Assembly (NCBI GenBank): GCA_035063765.1
Contig: JAPSFT010000010.1
Span: 9,660 to 73,659 of the forward strand
Length of the DNA stretch: 64,000 nucleotides
Reading direction: 5' to 3'
Source of the DNA: Deltaproteobacteria bacterium
Lineage (GTDB): Bacteria; Myxococcota_A; UBA9160; PR03
Made by a program: the position numbers and the translations under genes. Shown here in pieces: positions 29,987 through 42,720 of the stretch (the stretch's first letter is position 1; every line of letters begins with the position of its first letter). Under the pieces are notes generated by a model. The model was given only the letters and a program-made list of their open reading frames with translations, was not told the DNA's origin and did not search any database.

Positions 29987-31510
29987 CTACTGCGAAGTCC
30001 CGGCGGCGCGCCCGCGGTACGGCTCCGAGATCACGATCTTCACGAGCCGCCCGCCCGCGAGCTTCGTGCCGGGCACGAGCCCGTTGAGCACCGCGGTGCG
30101 CGCCGGGTCCCAGGCGTTCCCGGTCCGCCGCGAGAGCTCGGCCAGGTCCTCGCCGGGTAGCGCGGGCACGATCCGCAGCCGCTGCACCTGGATCGCAGCG
30201 CGCTCCTCGGGCGTGATCGCGCGGAAGCTGCGCGCCATTGCGCGGGCGCGGCCGAAGTAGCTGCTCGCGAAGGGCGCGGGCGCCGCCGCGGAGAGCCGGT
30301 AGACCGAGCCCCCGTGCGCGATCCAGGTGAGCTGCCCCGCCATCGCGCCGTTCGGCGTCCAGACCTGGCCGCGCACCTCGTAGGCCGGGCGCCCGTCGAT
30401 CTCGAGCGACTGGGCGGCGACGATCTGCGCGCCGAGCTGGCGCGCCTCGACGGCCAGGAAGCGCCCCGCCGCCACCTTCGGGTCGTCGCCGGGGCCGGCG
30501 CCCTCGAGCGCGAAGCGCGCGTTCCGCTGCGGCGAGAAGGCCGCCACCATCCGGGCCGTGTTCACGAGCTTCCAGCCCTCGGGAAAGCTCAGCGCGAAGC
30601 CCAGGTCCGGGTGCACGAAGCGGCTGCCGAGGAAGACGCCCTCGGCCGGGTTGGCGTCCACGACGAGCCCTTCGAGCCGGCGCAGGTGCGCGGCCGGATC
30701 GTGCGCGCGCGGCGGTGTGAGCGCGTCGAGCTCGGCGCCGAGCGAGAAGGTGGCCGCCATGCGCTCGGTGTTGGCGGGATGGTGCTGGAGGAAGCTCGGC
30801 AGCCGCGAGGCGCCGAGCTGGAGCCGCTCCTCCTGCTCGAGCCCGCGCAGGAGGCTCGCCATCGCGGCCGGGTCGTAGCCGGCGGCCGCCGCGAGGCGCT
30901 GGCCGCCGTCGTCGGCCTCGCGTTCCTGGTCGCGCGCGTAGGCCGCCACCTGCGCCGCGCCCCACCAGCCGAAGGCGAAGGGCGTCGCCGCCACCACGAG
31001 CTGCTGGGCGGCTGCGTGCCGGTTCGCCACGTGCACGATCTCGTGGGCGAGCACGTTGGCGAGCTCGTCCTCGGAGCTGGTGAGGGCGAGCAGGCCGCGC
31101 GAGAGGAAGATCGCGCCGCCCGGCAGCGCGAAGGCGTTCGGCGTCCAGGCGTCGACCACCTGGAAGCGGTAGTCGAAGGCGCCCTGGCGGGCGTGGCTCG
31201 CCACGCGCTCGCCCACCTCGCGCACGTAGGCCTGGAGCGCCTCGTCCTGGAGCAGGCCGAGCTCGGCGATCGCGGACTGCTCGGCCTCCTCGCCGGCGCG
31301 CCGGTCGTCCCATTCGGTGGAGAGCACCGTGCGCCGCCGGGGCTCGCCGGCGACGGGCGGCTCCGGAGCGGGGCGCGAGAAGAGGCCGCAGCCCGCCGCC
31401 AGGAGCAGCACCGGCGCCAGCCCGGCGAGGCGGGGCGCGAGGCGAGGCGCGAGGCGGGGCGGCGGAACGGGGCGCGGCGGGTCGGTCGGCGGCAGATCGG
31501 CCTTGCGCAC
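29987..31510 (-). CDS. M48-family zinc metalloprotease lipoprotein with C-terminal LysM-like region (paralog 1)
   Basis: LLLAAGC lipobox, PNAFALPGG, SEDELANVLAHEIVHV, YARDQEREADDGG, FLQHHP, GEDLAELSRRTGNAW..LNGL. Confidence 0.9.
   Translation of the reverse strand: MRKADLPPTDPPRPVPPPRLAPRLAPRLAGLAPVLLLAAGCGLFSRPAPEPPVAGEPRRRTVLSTEWDDRRAGEEAEQSAIAELGLLQDEALQAYVREVGERVASHARQGAFDYRFQVVDAWTPNAFALPGGAIFLSRGLLALTSSEDELANVLAHEIVHVANRHAAAQQLVVAATPFAFGWWGAAQVAAYARDQEREADDGGQRLAAAAGYDPAAMASLLRGLEQEERLQLGASRLPSFLQHHPANTERMAATFSLGAELDALTPPRAHDPAAHLRRLEGLVVDANPAEGVFLGSRFVHPDLGFALSFPEGWKLVNTARMVAAFSPQRNARFALEGAGPGDDPKVAAGRFLAVEARQLGAQIVAAQSLEIDGRPAYEVRGQVWTPNGAMAGQLTWIAHGGSVYRLSAAAPAPFASSYFGRARAMARSFRAITPEERAAIQVQRLRIVPALPGEDLAELSRRTGNAWDPARTAVLNGLVPGTKLAGGRLVKIVISEPYRGRAAGTSQ
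31425..31460. repeat. 3 x 12-bp tandem repeat (PRLA x3) in the M48 signal region
   Basis: gcgaggcggggc / gcgaggcgaggc / gcgaggcggggc. Confidence 0.8.
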
Positions 31511-31600
31511 GCGCTCTCCGCAGGTGAGGCTGGGCCCGCGCGAGCCTCGCCCAGCCCCCGTCGGACTGCAACCGGAGCGCGCGCACTGGAGCAGCGAGCG

Positions 31601-33067
31601 TTGCCGCCCCATCCGCTTCCCGCCCACAAGACGCTCCCGGCCCACAAGACCCGCATCGTCGCGACGATCGGCCCCGCGTCCGAAGCACCCGAGGTGCTGC
31701 GCCGGATGATCGAGGCAGGCCTCTCCGTGGCGCGCCTCAACCTCTCGCACGGAGACTTCGAGGGCCACGCGCGGGTGATCGAGCGGCTGCGCGAGGCCTC
31801 GCGCACGGCCGGCCGCCCGCTCGCGATCCTGGCCGACCTGCCCGGCCCGAAGCTGCGGATCGGCGCGCTCGCCCGCGAGCCGATCGAGCTGCGGGCGGGC
31901 GACCCTTTCGAGCTCGCGCCCGGCGACCACGTGGGCGACGAGCACGGCGCCTCGGTGAGCTTCGCGCGCCTGCCCGACGCGGTGCGCGCCGGCGACCCGA
32001 TCTTCCTGAACGACGGGCTCGTGCGGCTCGCGGTCGAGCGCGTGGCCGCCGGCCGGGTGCACTGCCGGGTCGAGGTCGGCGGCGAGCTGCGCTCGGGCAA
32101 GGGCCTCAACCTGCCGGGCTCCGACCTCGGCATCCCGGCCTTCACCGAGCGCGACCGCGAGTGCCTGCGCTTCGCGCTCGGCGCCGGCGTCGACGCGGTG
32201 TCGCAGTCCTTCGTCGAGTCGGCCGAGGACATCGCGGCGCTGCGCCGGGCGGCGGCCGAGCTCGGCGCGCAGCCCTTCGTGATCGCCAAGATCGAGCGGC
32301 GCCGGGCGCTCGACCGCGTCGCCGAGATCCTGGCCGCCGCCGACGGCGTGATGGTCGCGCGCGGCGATCTCGGGGTGGAGATCCCGATCGAGGAGATCGC
32401 GCTGGTGCAGAAGCGCCTGGTGCAGCGCGCGAACCTCGCGGGCAAGCCCGTGATCACCGCCACCCAGATGCTCGAGTCGATGACCGGGAGCCCGCGCCCG
32501 ACGCGCGCCGAGGCCACCGACGTCGCCAACGCGATCCTCGACGGCACCGACGCCGTCATGCTGTCGGGCGAGTCGGCGATCGGCCGCTACCCGGTCGAGG
32601 CGGTGGCGATGCTGGCCCGGATCGCGGCGGCGATCGAGCGGCTGCGGCCGGCACGCGCGGTGCGCGACGCGCTGCGCGAGCGGCCGCGCGAGGAGGGCGC
32701 TCCCGTCTACGACCTGATCGCGCTCTCGGTCGACACGCTGATCGAGCGCGCCGCGCCCGCCGCCGTCTTCGTGCCGACGATCGGCGGCACCACCGCGCGG
32801 CGCATCGCGCGCTTCCGCCCGGGGCCCTGGATCGTCGCGGTGAGCGCCTCGGAGGCCTCCTGCCAGCGGCTGCTCTTCACCTGGGGCGTGCTGCCGGTGC
32901 GGGTCGTCGAGCGGCCCCACGACTGGCGCCCCTTCGCCCGTGACTGGCTGCGCGCGCACGGGATCGACGGCGAGCTCGTGCTCGTGACCGAGGGACCCTC
33001 GCCCCGCCACCCCGACGCCAACGACCGGATCGAGATCCTCGACCTGGCCCGGCAGGAGCCGCGATGA
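31601..33067 (+). CDS. pyk: Pyruvate kinase
   Basis: KTRIVATIGPAS, ARLNLSHG, ADLPGPKLR, KGLNLPG, IAKIER, MVARGDLGVE, ATQMLESM, RAEATDVANAILDGTDAVMLSGE; TTG start is tentative. Confidence 0.96.
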   Translation: MPPHPLPAHKTLPAHKTRIVATIGPASEAPEVLRRMIEAGLSVARLNLSHGDFEGHARVIERLREASRTAGRPLAILADLPGPKLRIGALAREPIELRAGDPFELAPGDHVGDEHGASVSFARLPDAVRAGDPIFLNDGLVRLAVERVAAGRVHCRVEVGGELRSGKGLNLPGSDLGIPAFTERDRECLRFALGAGVDAVSQSFVESAEDIAALRRAAAELGAQPFVIAKIERRRALDRVAEILAAADGVMVARGDLGVEIPIEEIALVQKRLVQRANLAGKPVITATQMLESMTGSPRPTRAEATDVANAILDGTDAVMLSGESAIGRYPVEAVAMLARIAAAIERLRPARAVRDALRERPREEGAPVYDLIALSVDTLIERAAPAAVFVPTIGGTTARRIARFRPGPWIVAVSASEASCQRLLFTWGVLPVRVVERPHDWRPFARDWLRAHGIDGELVLVTEGPSPRHPDANDRIEILDLARQEPR

Positions 33068-33783
33068 GCGCTGACCTCCCGCAGCCTCCCGGCGGAGAGC
33101 CCCCGAACCGCGTGCACTCCGAGGAAGCCTGGCTGCGCGGGCCCGACGACCTGCTGCTCGACTTCGACCGCGCGTTCCGGATCTTCCAGGAGTTCGTGCG
33201 CGGCTGCCGGGCGCTCTACGACCTCGGCCCCGCCGTCACCGTGTTCGGCTCGGCGCGCTTCGCCGAGGAGCATCGCTGGTACGCGCTCGCGCGGGCGGTC
33301 GGGCGGGCCTTCGCGGAGGCCGGCTACGCGGTGGTCACCGGCGGCGGGCCGGGCGTCATGGAGGCCGCGAACCGCGGCGCGCGGGAGGCCGGCGGCCTCA
33401 GCGTCGGGTGCAACATCCTCCTGCCCGAGGAGCAGCGCCCCAACCCCTATCTCGACCGGATCCTCACCTTCGACCACTTCTTCGTGCGCAAGGTGATGCT
33501 GGTGAAGTACTCGAGCGCCTTCGTGATCCTGCCGGGCGGGCTCGGCACGATGGACGAGCTCTTCGAGGCGGCGACCCTCATCCAGACCGCCAAGATCGAG
33601 CGCTTCCCGCTGGTCGCGATGGGGGTCGACTACTGGGCGCCGATCCTGTCGGCCTTCGGAGGCCAGGCGCTGCGCGCGGGCACGGTCGGCGAGGGGGAGC
33701 TCGCGGTGTTCTCGACCGACTCGCCCGCGGAAGCCCTCGCGCACGTCCAGGCGATCGCGCGCGTGACGCCGGCCGGCACGTGA
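33064..33783 (+). CDS. LOG-family (TIGR00730-like) protein, longer type
   Basis: [50 protein letters not shown]; ATGA overlap with pyk. Confidence 0.9.
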   Translation: MSADLPQPPGGEPPNRVHSEEAWLRGPDDLLLDFDRAFRIFQEFVRGCRALYDLGPAVTVFGSARFAEEHRWYALARAVGRAFAEAGYAVVTGGGPGVMEAANRGAREAGGLSVGCNILLPEEQRPNPYLDRILTFDHFFVRKVMLVKYSSAFVILPGGLGTMDELFEAATLIQTAKIERFPLVAMGVDYWAPILSAFGGQALRAGTVGEGELAVFSTDSPAEALAHVQAIARVTPAGT

Positions 33784-33806
33784 GCGGGGCAGGGGCCGGC
33801 GCGCCG

Positions 33807-34832
33807 ATGCGTCCGGTCGTCCGGCCCATCGCGGCCGGGGACCTCCCCGCGCTGATCGAGCTCGCGCGCGGCGCGGGGATCGGCGTCACCACGCTGCCGC
33901 CCGACGAGGCGCGGCTCGCGCGCCGGATCGAGATCTCGTGCGAGGCCTTCGCGGGGCGCCTCGAGCCCGCCCGGGCGAGCTACCTCTTCGTGCTCGAGGA
34001 CCCGGCGGGCGGCCGCGTCGCGGGCACCAGCGGGATCGCCGCCGCCGTGGGCCTCGACGAGCCCTGGTACAACTACCGCGTGGGCACCCTCGTCACGAGC
34101 TCGCGAGAGATCGGCGTGCACCGCCAGATGCAGACCCTCTTCCTGACCAACGACCTGACGGGTGCGACCGAGCTCTGCTCGCTCTTCCTGCACCCGGGCT
34201 CCCGGCGCGGCGCCCACGGCGCGCTGCTCTCCAAGGCGCGCTTCCTCTACCTGGCGGAGTTCCCGGAGCGCTTCACGGAGAAGGTGATCGCCGAGCTGCG
34301 CGGGGTCGCCGACGCCGAGGGCCGCTCGCCGTTCTGGGACAGCCTCGGCCGGCACTTCTTCGACATGGAGTTCTCGCGCGCGGACTACCTCTCCGGGGTC
34401 GGCAACAAGGTCTTCATCGCCGAGCTCATGCCGCAGCACCCGGTCTACACCTCGTTGTTGTCGGAGGCGGCACGGGCGGCGATCGGCGAAGTGCACGAGC
34501 ACACGCGCCCGGCGCGCGCGCTGCTCGAGGCGGAGGGCTTCTCCTACCAGGGCTACGTGGACATCTTCGACGCGGGCCCGGCGCTCGCGTGCGCGCGGGC
34601 CGCGATCCGGGCGGTGCGCGAGAGCAGGGTCTGCGAGGCGGCCGCCGGCGGCCCGGGTGCGGGGCCCCTGCACCTCGTCTCGAACCGCGACGAGCGCGCG
34701 TTCCGGGTGCTGCTGGCGCCGGGTGCGGTCGGCGCGGAGGGCGGCTTCGCGCTGGCGGAGGCCGATCTCGAGGCGCTCGGCGTCGCGGCCGGGGCGAGCG
34801 TGCGGGTCGTGCCCGTGCAGCCCGCGCGCTGA
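33807..34832 (+). CDS. astA: Arginine N-succinyltransferase
   Basis: [73 protein letters not shown]. Confidence 0.95.
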   Translation: MRPVVRPIAAGDLPALIELARGAGIGVTTLPPDEARLARRIEISCEAFAGRLEPARASYLFVLEDPAGGRVAGTSGIAAAVGLDEPWYNYRVGTLVTSSREIGVHRQMQTLFLTNDLTGATELCSLFLHPGSRRGAHGALLSKARFLYLAEFPERFTEKVIAELRGVADAEGRSPFWDSLGRHFFDMEFSRADYLSGVGNKVFIAELMPQHPVYTSLLSEAARAAIGEVHEHTRPARALLEAEGFSYQGYVDIFDAGPALACARAAIRAVRESRVCEAAAGGPGAGPLHLVSNRDERAFRVLLAPGAVGAEGGFALAEADLEALGVAAGASVRVVPVQPAR

Positions 34833-37650
<2,818 letters not shown>

Positions 37651-37654
<4 letters not shown>

Positions 37655-38643
37655 CGGGCCTGCTCGCCGCCGTGCTCGCCGGCGACGACGCGGCGCTCCC
37701 GGCCCGCGCGCCGTCGGGCGCCGCCATCGAGCGGCTCGGGCCCGCGATCTGGCGGATCGAGCCCGCAGGCGGAGCGAGGGACGCGCGGCCGCTCCTCCTC
37801 TCGGCCGGCGTCCACGGCGACGAGACCGCGCCCGTCGAGCTCCTGTGCGCGGCGGCCGACGCGATCGCGGCGGGCGCGCTCCCGGTCGGCGCGCCCGTCC
37901 TCCTGGCGCTCGGCAACCTCGGCGCGCTGCGCGCCGGGCTCCGCTACCTCGACCACGATCTCAACCGCCTCTTCGGCGGCCGCCACGGCGCGCGCCGCGA
38001 CGCCCGCGACGCGCCCCGCGCGGCGGCCCTCGAGGCCGCGGCCGGGGCGTTCTGCGCGCGCCACCCGGGCGCCCTCCACCTCGACCTCCACAGCGCGATC
38101 CGCGCCTCGCTGCACCCGAGCTTCGCCGTCCACCCGCTCGACGAGGCCGCCGCGCTCCCGCCCGCCGCGCTGCGCCTGCTCGCGGGCCTCGGGATCGACG
38201 CGCTGGTCCGCAGCAGCCTGCCGTCGCCCACCTTCACGGGCCATACCGCGCGCGCCCACGGCTGCGAGGCCTACACGCTCGAGCTCGGCCGCGTGCGGGC
38301 GCTCGGCGAAGGGGCGGCGGGCGAGCTGGCGGCCGCCGGGGGCGGCGTCCGCGCGCTGATCGCGGGCGCACCCCTGCCGCCCGCCGCGCCGGCGCCCGTG
38401 GTCTATCGCGTGCGCCGCGAGCTCCTCAAGCAGAGCGACGGCTTCCGGCTCACGATCCCACCCGACGCCCCGAACTTCACGCCGCTCGCGCCGGGCGAGC
38501 CGATCGCCTGCGACGGCGACACCACCTGGATCGCCGAGCCCGGCGAGCGGATCGTGTTCCCGAACCCGAAGGTCGCCCCCGGGCTGCGCGCGGGCCTGCT
38601 CGTGATCGCCGAGCGCGCGCCCGCGGAGCACGCCGGGTCGTGA
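37651..38643 (+). CDS. astE: Succinylglutamate desuccinylase
   Basis: [52 protein letters not shown]. Confidence 0.93.
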
Positions 38644-38644
38644 C

Positions 38645-39088
38645 TCAGTCGTCGAAGCCGAGCGCGGGCTGCGCGAGGAAGCGCTCGCGCTGCATGCCCT
38701 CCAGCGCCGCTTCGCGCAGAGCGAGGAGGCGCTGCGCCTCGTCGCCGCCATACGCGGCCTGCAGCGTCGAGCTCGCGTCGAGGCTGCTCCAGGCCTCGAG
38801 CTGCTCGGCGCTCGGGGCCTGCAGCACGAGCACGTAGAGCGGGCGCTCGCCGTCCACCCGCCGGTGGACACGCCAGCGGACCGGCGCCTTCGTGCGCCGG
38901 GCGGCCTCCGCCAGCCGGGCGAGGAACTCCTCGATCTGGGTCTCGTGTCCCTCCCGGACCGTGAGCCGGATGATCTCGGCCGCCGCCGGGCGCGCTTCCG
39001 GCGCTCCTGCGGACGGTCGCGCCGTCGCGACGGCCAACACCGCCCAGAGCCCCACGGTTCCGACGAGCCACGCATGCCGCTCCCGCAC
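38645..39088 (-). CDS. Hypothetical secreted protein, possibly a dimeric alpha-beta barrel
   Basis: GGAGGA RBS before GTG 39088; signal-peptide-like N-terminus; alternating beta/alpha pattern. Confidence 0.6.
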   Translation of the reverse strand: MRERHAWLVGTVGLWAVLAVATARPSAGAPEARPAAAEIIRLTVREGHETQIEEFLARLAEAARRTKAPVRWRVHRRVDGERPLYVLVLQAPSAEQLEAWSSLDASSTLQAAYGGDEAQRLLALREAALEGMQRERFLAQPALGFDD

Positions 39089-39355
39089 CTGTGATCCTCC
39101 CGGCGACGGCGAGGAGGCTACCGCAGCCGCACCGCCCGGAGCCCGTGGCCGCTGCGACACGGCCGGACCGGTACGAGCGCGCCGCCGCCGCGGCCAGCGA
39201 CCTCGGCGAGGAGCAGCCGCGGGCTTCGGCAATGCGGGAAGCCGTGCTCGATACGGATCGTGGGCACAGGTCTTCGCGTGCAGATTCGATCCGGCACCCA
39301 TGGCGGTGCGAGCCGCGCCGCGAGCCGATACGATGCCGGCCGAAGGGGGGATCCG

Positions 39356-40066
39356 ATGCGACGGCTCGTGCGAGCGTCCGTAGGGGTGGCGTGCCTGTCC
39401 GTGGCCGCACTGGCCGCCGGCTGTGCGTCCACCAACGTGGAGCAGACCCGGCGCGCCGGTGTGCTCGCGAAGCCCGATCGCATCCTCGTGCGCACCTTCG
39501 CCGTGACGATGGCGGACGTCGATCTCGACCGGGGGATCGGCCCGACGATCGCGCGCGAGGCGACCGGCGAGGTGACGAGCAGCGAGGAGCTCCAGCTCGG
39601 CCGCGCAGCGGCCGACGCCCTGGCCGACGAGCTGACGAAGAAGCTCCGCGAAGCCGGCCTGCCCGCCCAGCGCTCCTCGGGCCGCGTGTCGCTCACGCCG
39701 ACCACGCTCGTGATCGCGGGCAAGTTCCTGACCCTGGACGAGGGCAACCAGACCATGCGCACGCTGGTCGGCTTCGGCGCGGGCGCGAGCGAGGTGCGCA
39801 CGCGCGCCCAGGCCTGGATGGACGGCCAGCTCATCGCCGAGGCCGAGACCACGGCGAAGAGCGGCCGCAAGCCGGGTGCCGCGGTGACCCTCGGCGCGGG
39901 GGCCGCGGCCGGAACGGCGGCCACGGCCGCCGTCGTCGCCGCGGGCACCACGACCGTGAGCGAGCTGTTCCTGACCAGCGCCGAGGCGGACGCCCGGCGC
40001 ACCGGGCGGGAGCTCGCGGAGCGGATCGTGCGCGCCTACCGCGAGCGGGGCTGGATCGCCGACTGA
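39356..40066 (+). CDS. DUF4410-like lipoprotein
   Basis: LAAGC lipobox; IAGKFLTLDEGNQTMRTLVGFGAGAS, SGRKPG; TACGAT -10 at 39329. Confidence 0.7.
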   Translation: MRRLVRASVGVACLSVAALAAGCASTNVEQTRRAGVLAKPDRILVRTFAVTMADVDLDRGIGPTIAREATGEVTSSEELQLGRAAADALADELTKKLREAGLPAQRSSGRVSLTPTTLVIAGKFLTLDEGNQTMRTLVGFGAGASEVRTRAQAWMDGQLIAEAETTAKSGRKPGAAVTLGAGAAAGTAATAAVVAAGTTTVSELFLTSAEADARRTGRELAERIVRAYRERGWIAD

Positions 40067-40810
40067 TCACCGGCCCCGGGGCGAGGGCTCCTGCGCGCGG
40101 AGCCATCGTTCGCGGCCTGCCCGGATCCGCTCCACGGTGTCCTCGACGCCCGTGGCGCACTGCGGGAGGTCGAGGTCCGCCGCCCCGGCGAGCTCGCTCC
40201 CCTCGGCCAGCATCGATCGCCTCGCCCACGCGATCAGCTCGGGCCACATCTTCCCGACCAGGATCAAGGGCACGTCGTGGAGCTGCCGGACCTGGAGGAG
40301 CTGCCAGGCCATCGACAGCTCGAGCAGGGTCCCGATCCCTCCGGGCACCACGACGAAGGCGTCCGAGAGCAGCGCGAAGTGGTGGAGGCGCGTGAAGAAG
40401 GTCCGGTGCTCGTAGGCATCCCCGACGAAGGGATTCACGTGCTGCTCGAAGGGCAGCGTGATGCGGATCCCGACCGATCCCTCGGGGCGTCCGGAACCGG
40501 CTTTGGCAGCCCCTTCGTTGGCCGCCTGCATCAGGCCGGGGCCGCCTCCGGTGATGACGTCGCATCCCATGCGCGTGAGCTCCGCCGCGAGCCGGGCCAC
40601 CTGCTCGTACGCAGCCGTGCCCGGGGCGATCCGGGCGGAGCCGAAGATCGAGACGCGGTAGCGGGAGCGCCGGGAGCGGCGGAGCCGGGTGAGCTGGCCG
40701 ACGACCTCCCAGAGGCCCTTCACGGCGCCCTGCAAGAGCGCAGCCGTGGCCTCCTCGTCGCTCAGCGGGACGGCGTCGGGCCGGTCGAAGCAGGTCGGGT
40801 CGTCGCTCAT
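40067..40810 (-). CDS. LOG-family protein (third paralog)
   Basis: VSIFGSAR, ITGGGPGLMQAANEGA, FFTRLHHF, VVVPGGIGTLLEL. Confidence 0.88.
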   Translation of the reverse strand: MSDDPTCFDRPDAVPLSDEEATAALLQGAVKGLWEVVGQLTRLRRSRRSRYRVSIFGSARIAPGTAAYEQVARLAAELTRMGCDVITGGGPGLMQAANEGAAKAGSGRPEGSVGIRITLPFEQHVNPFVGDAYEHRTFFTRLHHFALLSDAFVVVPGGIGTLLELSMAWQLLQVRQLHDVPLILVGKMWPELIAWARRSMLAEGSELAGAADLDLPQCATGVEDTVERIRAGRERWLRAQEPSPRGR

Positions 40811-40844
40811 CGTGCGCAGCGTGTAGGGCAGCCGGAGCGGAGGC

Positions 40845-41510
40845 TCAAGCCCGGGGCTCCCGCTCCCGCGCATAGAGGCTCACGAGACGCGCGAGCAGGA
40901 CCGCGATGTACATCTGGCCCCCCACCGCCTCGACGATCACGAGGCCCCGCGCCGCCGCGCTCTTCGGCACCAGGTCGCCGTAGCCGAGGGACGCGATCGT
41001 GACGAAGCTCAGGTACACGGCATCCTGGAGGCCCAGCCCGTCCGCCCCGACGTCGCCGGCGAACGAGCCGGGTCGCCATCGATCGATCGCCCGGTAGCCG
41101 ACGCCGAAGAGGATCGCGACGAGCAGGTAGGCGTCGAGCGCCGCGAAGATCCGCTCGCCGTCCACCCGGCCGGAGGCGAAGGCATGCCGCACGCTGGCGG
41201 TCGCGGCCAGCGCGAAGCCCGCCGGCCAGAGCAGCGCGCCGGCGGTCTGCGCGGGTGCCGCCCCCAGCACGGCCTGGATGCCCTGCACGGCCACCAGGGC
41301 GGCCGCCGCCGCCACCAGCCAGCGCATGCCGGGCTCGCGGGCGAGCCCGAGCGCGGCGACGCACAGGCTCACGCCGACCAGCAGCTCGAAGACGTTCCCG
41401 TCCGAGCCGAAGGTCTCGAGAACCGGCTGCGCGCCGAGCGTCGCGAGCAGCGCCCCGAACAGCCAGGCGAAGCGGCGGCGGCGATAGCGCTCGAGCAGGG
41501 AGCCCAGCAT
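40845..41510 (-). CDS. Potassium channel family protein (ion-transport-2 pore domain)
   Basis: Several TMs followed by YLSFVTIASLGYGDLVP pore/filter and EAVGGQMYIAVLLARLVSL. Confidence 0.88.
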   Translation of the reverse strand: MLGSLLERYRRRRFAWLFGALLATLGAQPVLETFGSDGNVFELLVGVSLCVAALGLAREPGMRWLVAAAAALVAVQGIQAVLGAAPAQTAGALLWPAGFALAATASVRHAFASGRVDGERIFAALDAYLLVAILFGVGYRAIDRWRPGSFAGDVGADGLGLQDAVYLSFVTIASLGYGDLVPKSAAARGLVIVEAVGGQMYIAVLLARLVSLYAREREPRA

Positions 41511-41518
41511 GCGAGGTC

Positions 41519-42598
41519 CTAGGGGGAGACCGAGGGCACGAGGTAGCAGACCAGGGCGAGCAGCACGTAGACCGCCAGGAGCTGCACGCCCTTGAACCAG
41601 TTCGATCGCCCGTCGGAGGCCACCAGGCCGCCGAGCAGCACCGAGACGAACAGGAACCCCATCTCGCCCCGCGTGAAGGAGAGCGAGAAGGGCTGCGGGC
41701 CGATCAGGCCGCCGAGCAGCACGAGGAGCGGCGCCACGAAGAGCGCGATCTGGATGCACGAGCCGAGCGCGATGCCGATCGAGAGGTCCATCTCGTTGCG
41801 CCGCCCCATCGCCACCGCCGAGCCGATCTCCGCCGCGCCGCCGACGGCCGCCAGCACGACGAGCCCGAGGAAGGTCGGCGACATCCCGAGGGCGTGGCCG
41901 GTCGCCTCGGCGGCGCCGACCAGCACCTCGCTGAGCCAGGCGGCGCCGAGGGAGGCCGCCACCAGCAGCAGCAGGGCGCGCTGCACGCTCGCGTGCGTTC
42001 CTGCGGCGGGCTCGCCCGGTGGGGGGCCCTCGTGCTTCGAGAAGGTCTCGCTGTGGGTGCGGAGCTGGTAGAGGAGGTAGAGCCCGTAGGTGGCGAGCAG
42101 GACGACCGCGACGCTCGTGTCGAGCACCCCCGTGTGGCGGAAGCCCTGCTCGGCCCCGAAGAAGCGGTGGAAGCCGCTCGGCACCGCCATGCTGATCACC
42201 GCCAGCAGCATCATCGAGGCGTAGGAGCGCGCGGCGAGCGGGTTGTAGTCCTGCGCGTGGTAGCGCAGGCCGCCGAGCAGGAAGGACAGGCCGAGACCGA
42301 GGAGCAGGTTCGCGAGCAGCGCGCCCACCAGGGACGCTCGCACCAGCTCGATCATCCCGGCGCGCAGGGCGACCACCGCGATGATCAGCTCGGGCAGGTT
42401 GCCGAAGGTCGCGTTCAGCAGGCCGCCCACGGCGGGACCGGTGCGGACCGCGATCGCCTCGGTGCTCTCCACGATCCGCATCGCGAGCGGTGCGATCGCC
42501 AGGGCGGCGCAGAAGAAGACCGCCGGTGCCGGCATCGTCCCGAGGGCGTCGAGGACGAGCGCGACGGGCGCGAGCAGCAGCATCCAGCGCAAATCCAT
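41519..42598 (-). CDS. Ca2+/H+ antiporter (CAX/ChaA family)
   Basis: [58 protein letters not shown]. Confidence 0.93.
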   Translation of the reverse strand: MDLRWMLLLAPVALVLDALGTMPAPAVFFCAALAIAPLAMRIVESTEAIAVRTGPAVGGLLNATFGNLPELIIAVVALRAGMIELVRASLVGALLANLLLGLGLSFLLGGLRYHAQDYNPLAARSYASMMLLAVISMAVPSGFHRFFGAEQGFRHTGVLDTSVAVVLLATYGLYLLYQLRTHSETFSKHEGPPPGEPAAGTHASVQRALLLLVAASLGAAWLSEVLVGAAEATGHALGMSPTFLGLVVLAAVGGAAEIGSAVAMGRRNEMDLSIGIALGSCIQIALFVAPLLVLLGGLIGPQPFSLSFTRGEMGFLFVSVLLGGLVASDGRSNWFKGVQLLAVYVLLALVCYLVPSVSP

Positions 42599-42720
42599 CG
42601 CCTCCTGAGGGACCGGGGCCGGGGTCGACAAGGCATGGAGCGTCTCCCAGCATACTACGCAGGAGCGTCATGGGCCCCGAGGCGATGTCCGGTCCGTCCG
42701 GGATCCGAACGGAGGAGCAG

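Noticed and set aside
40960-41010. Non-canonical K+ filter SLGYGD
   Set aside because: T/S-L-G-Y-G-D variants are common in this small prokaryotic channel family.
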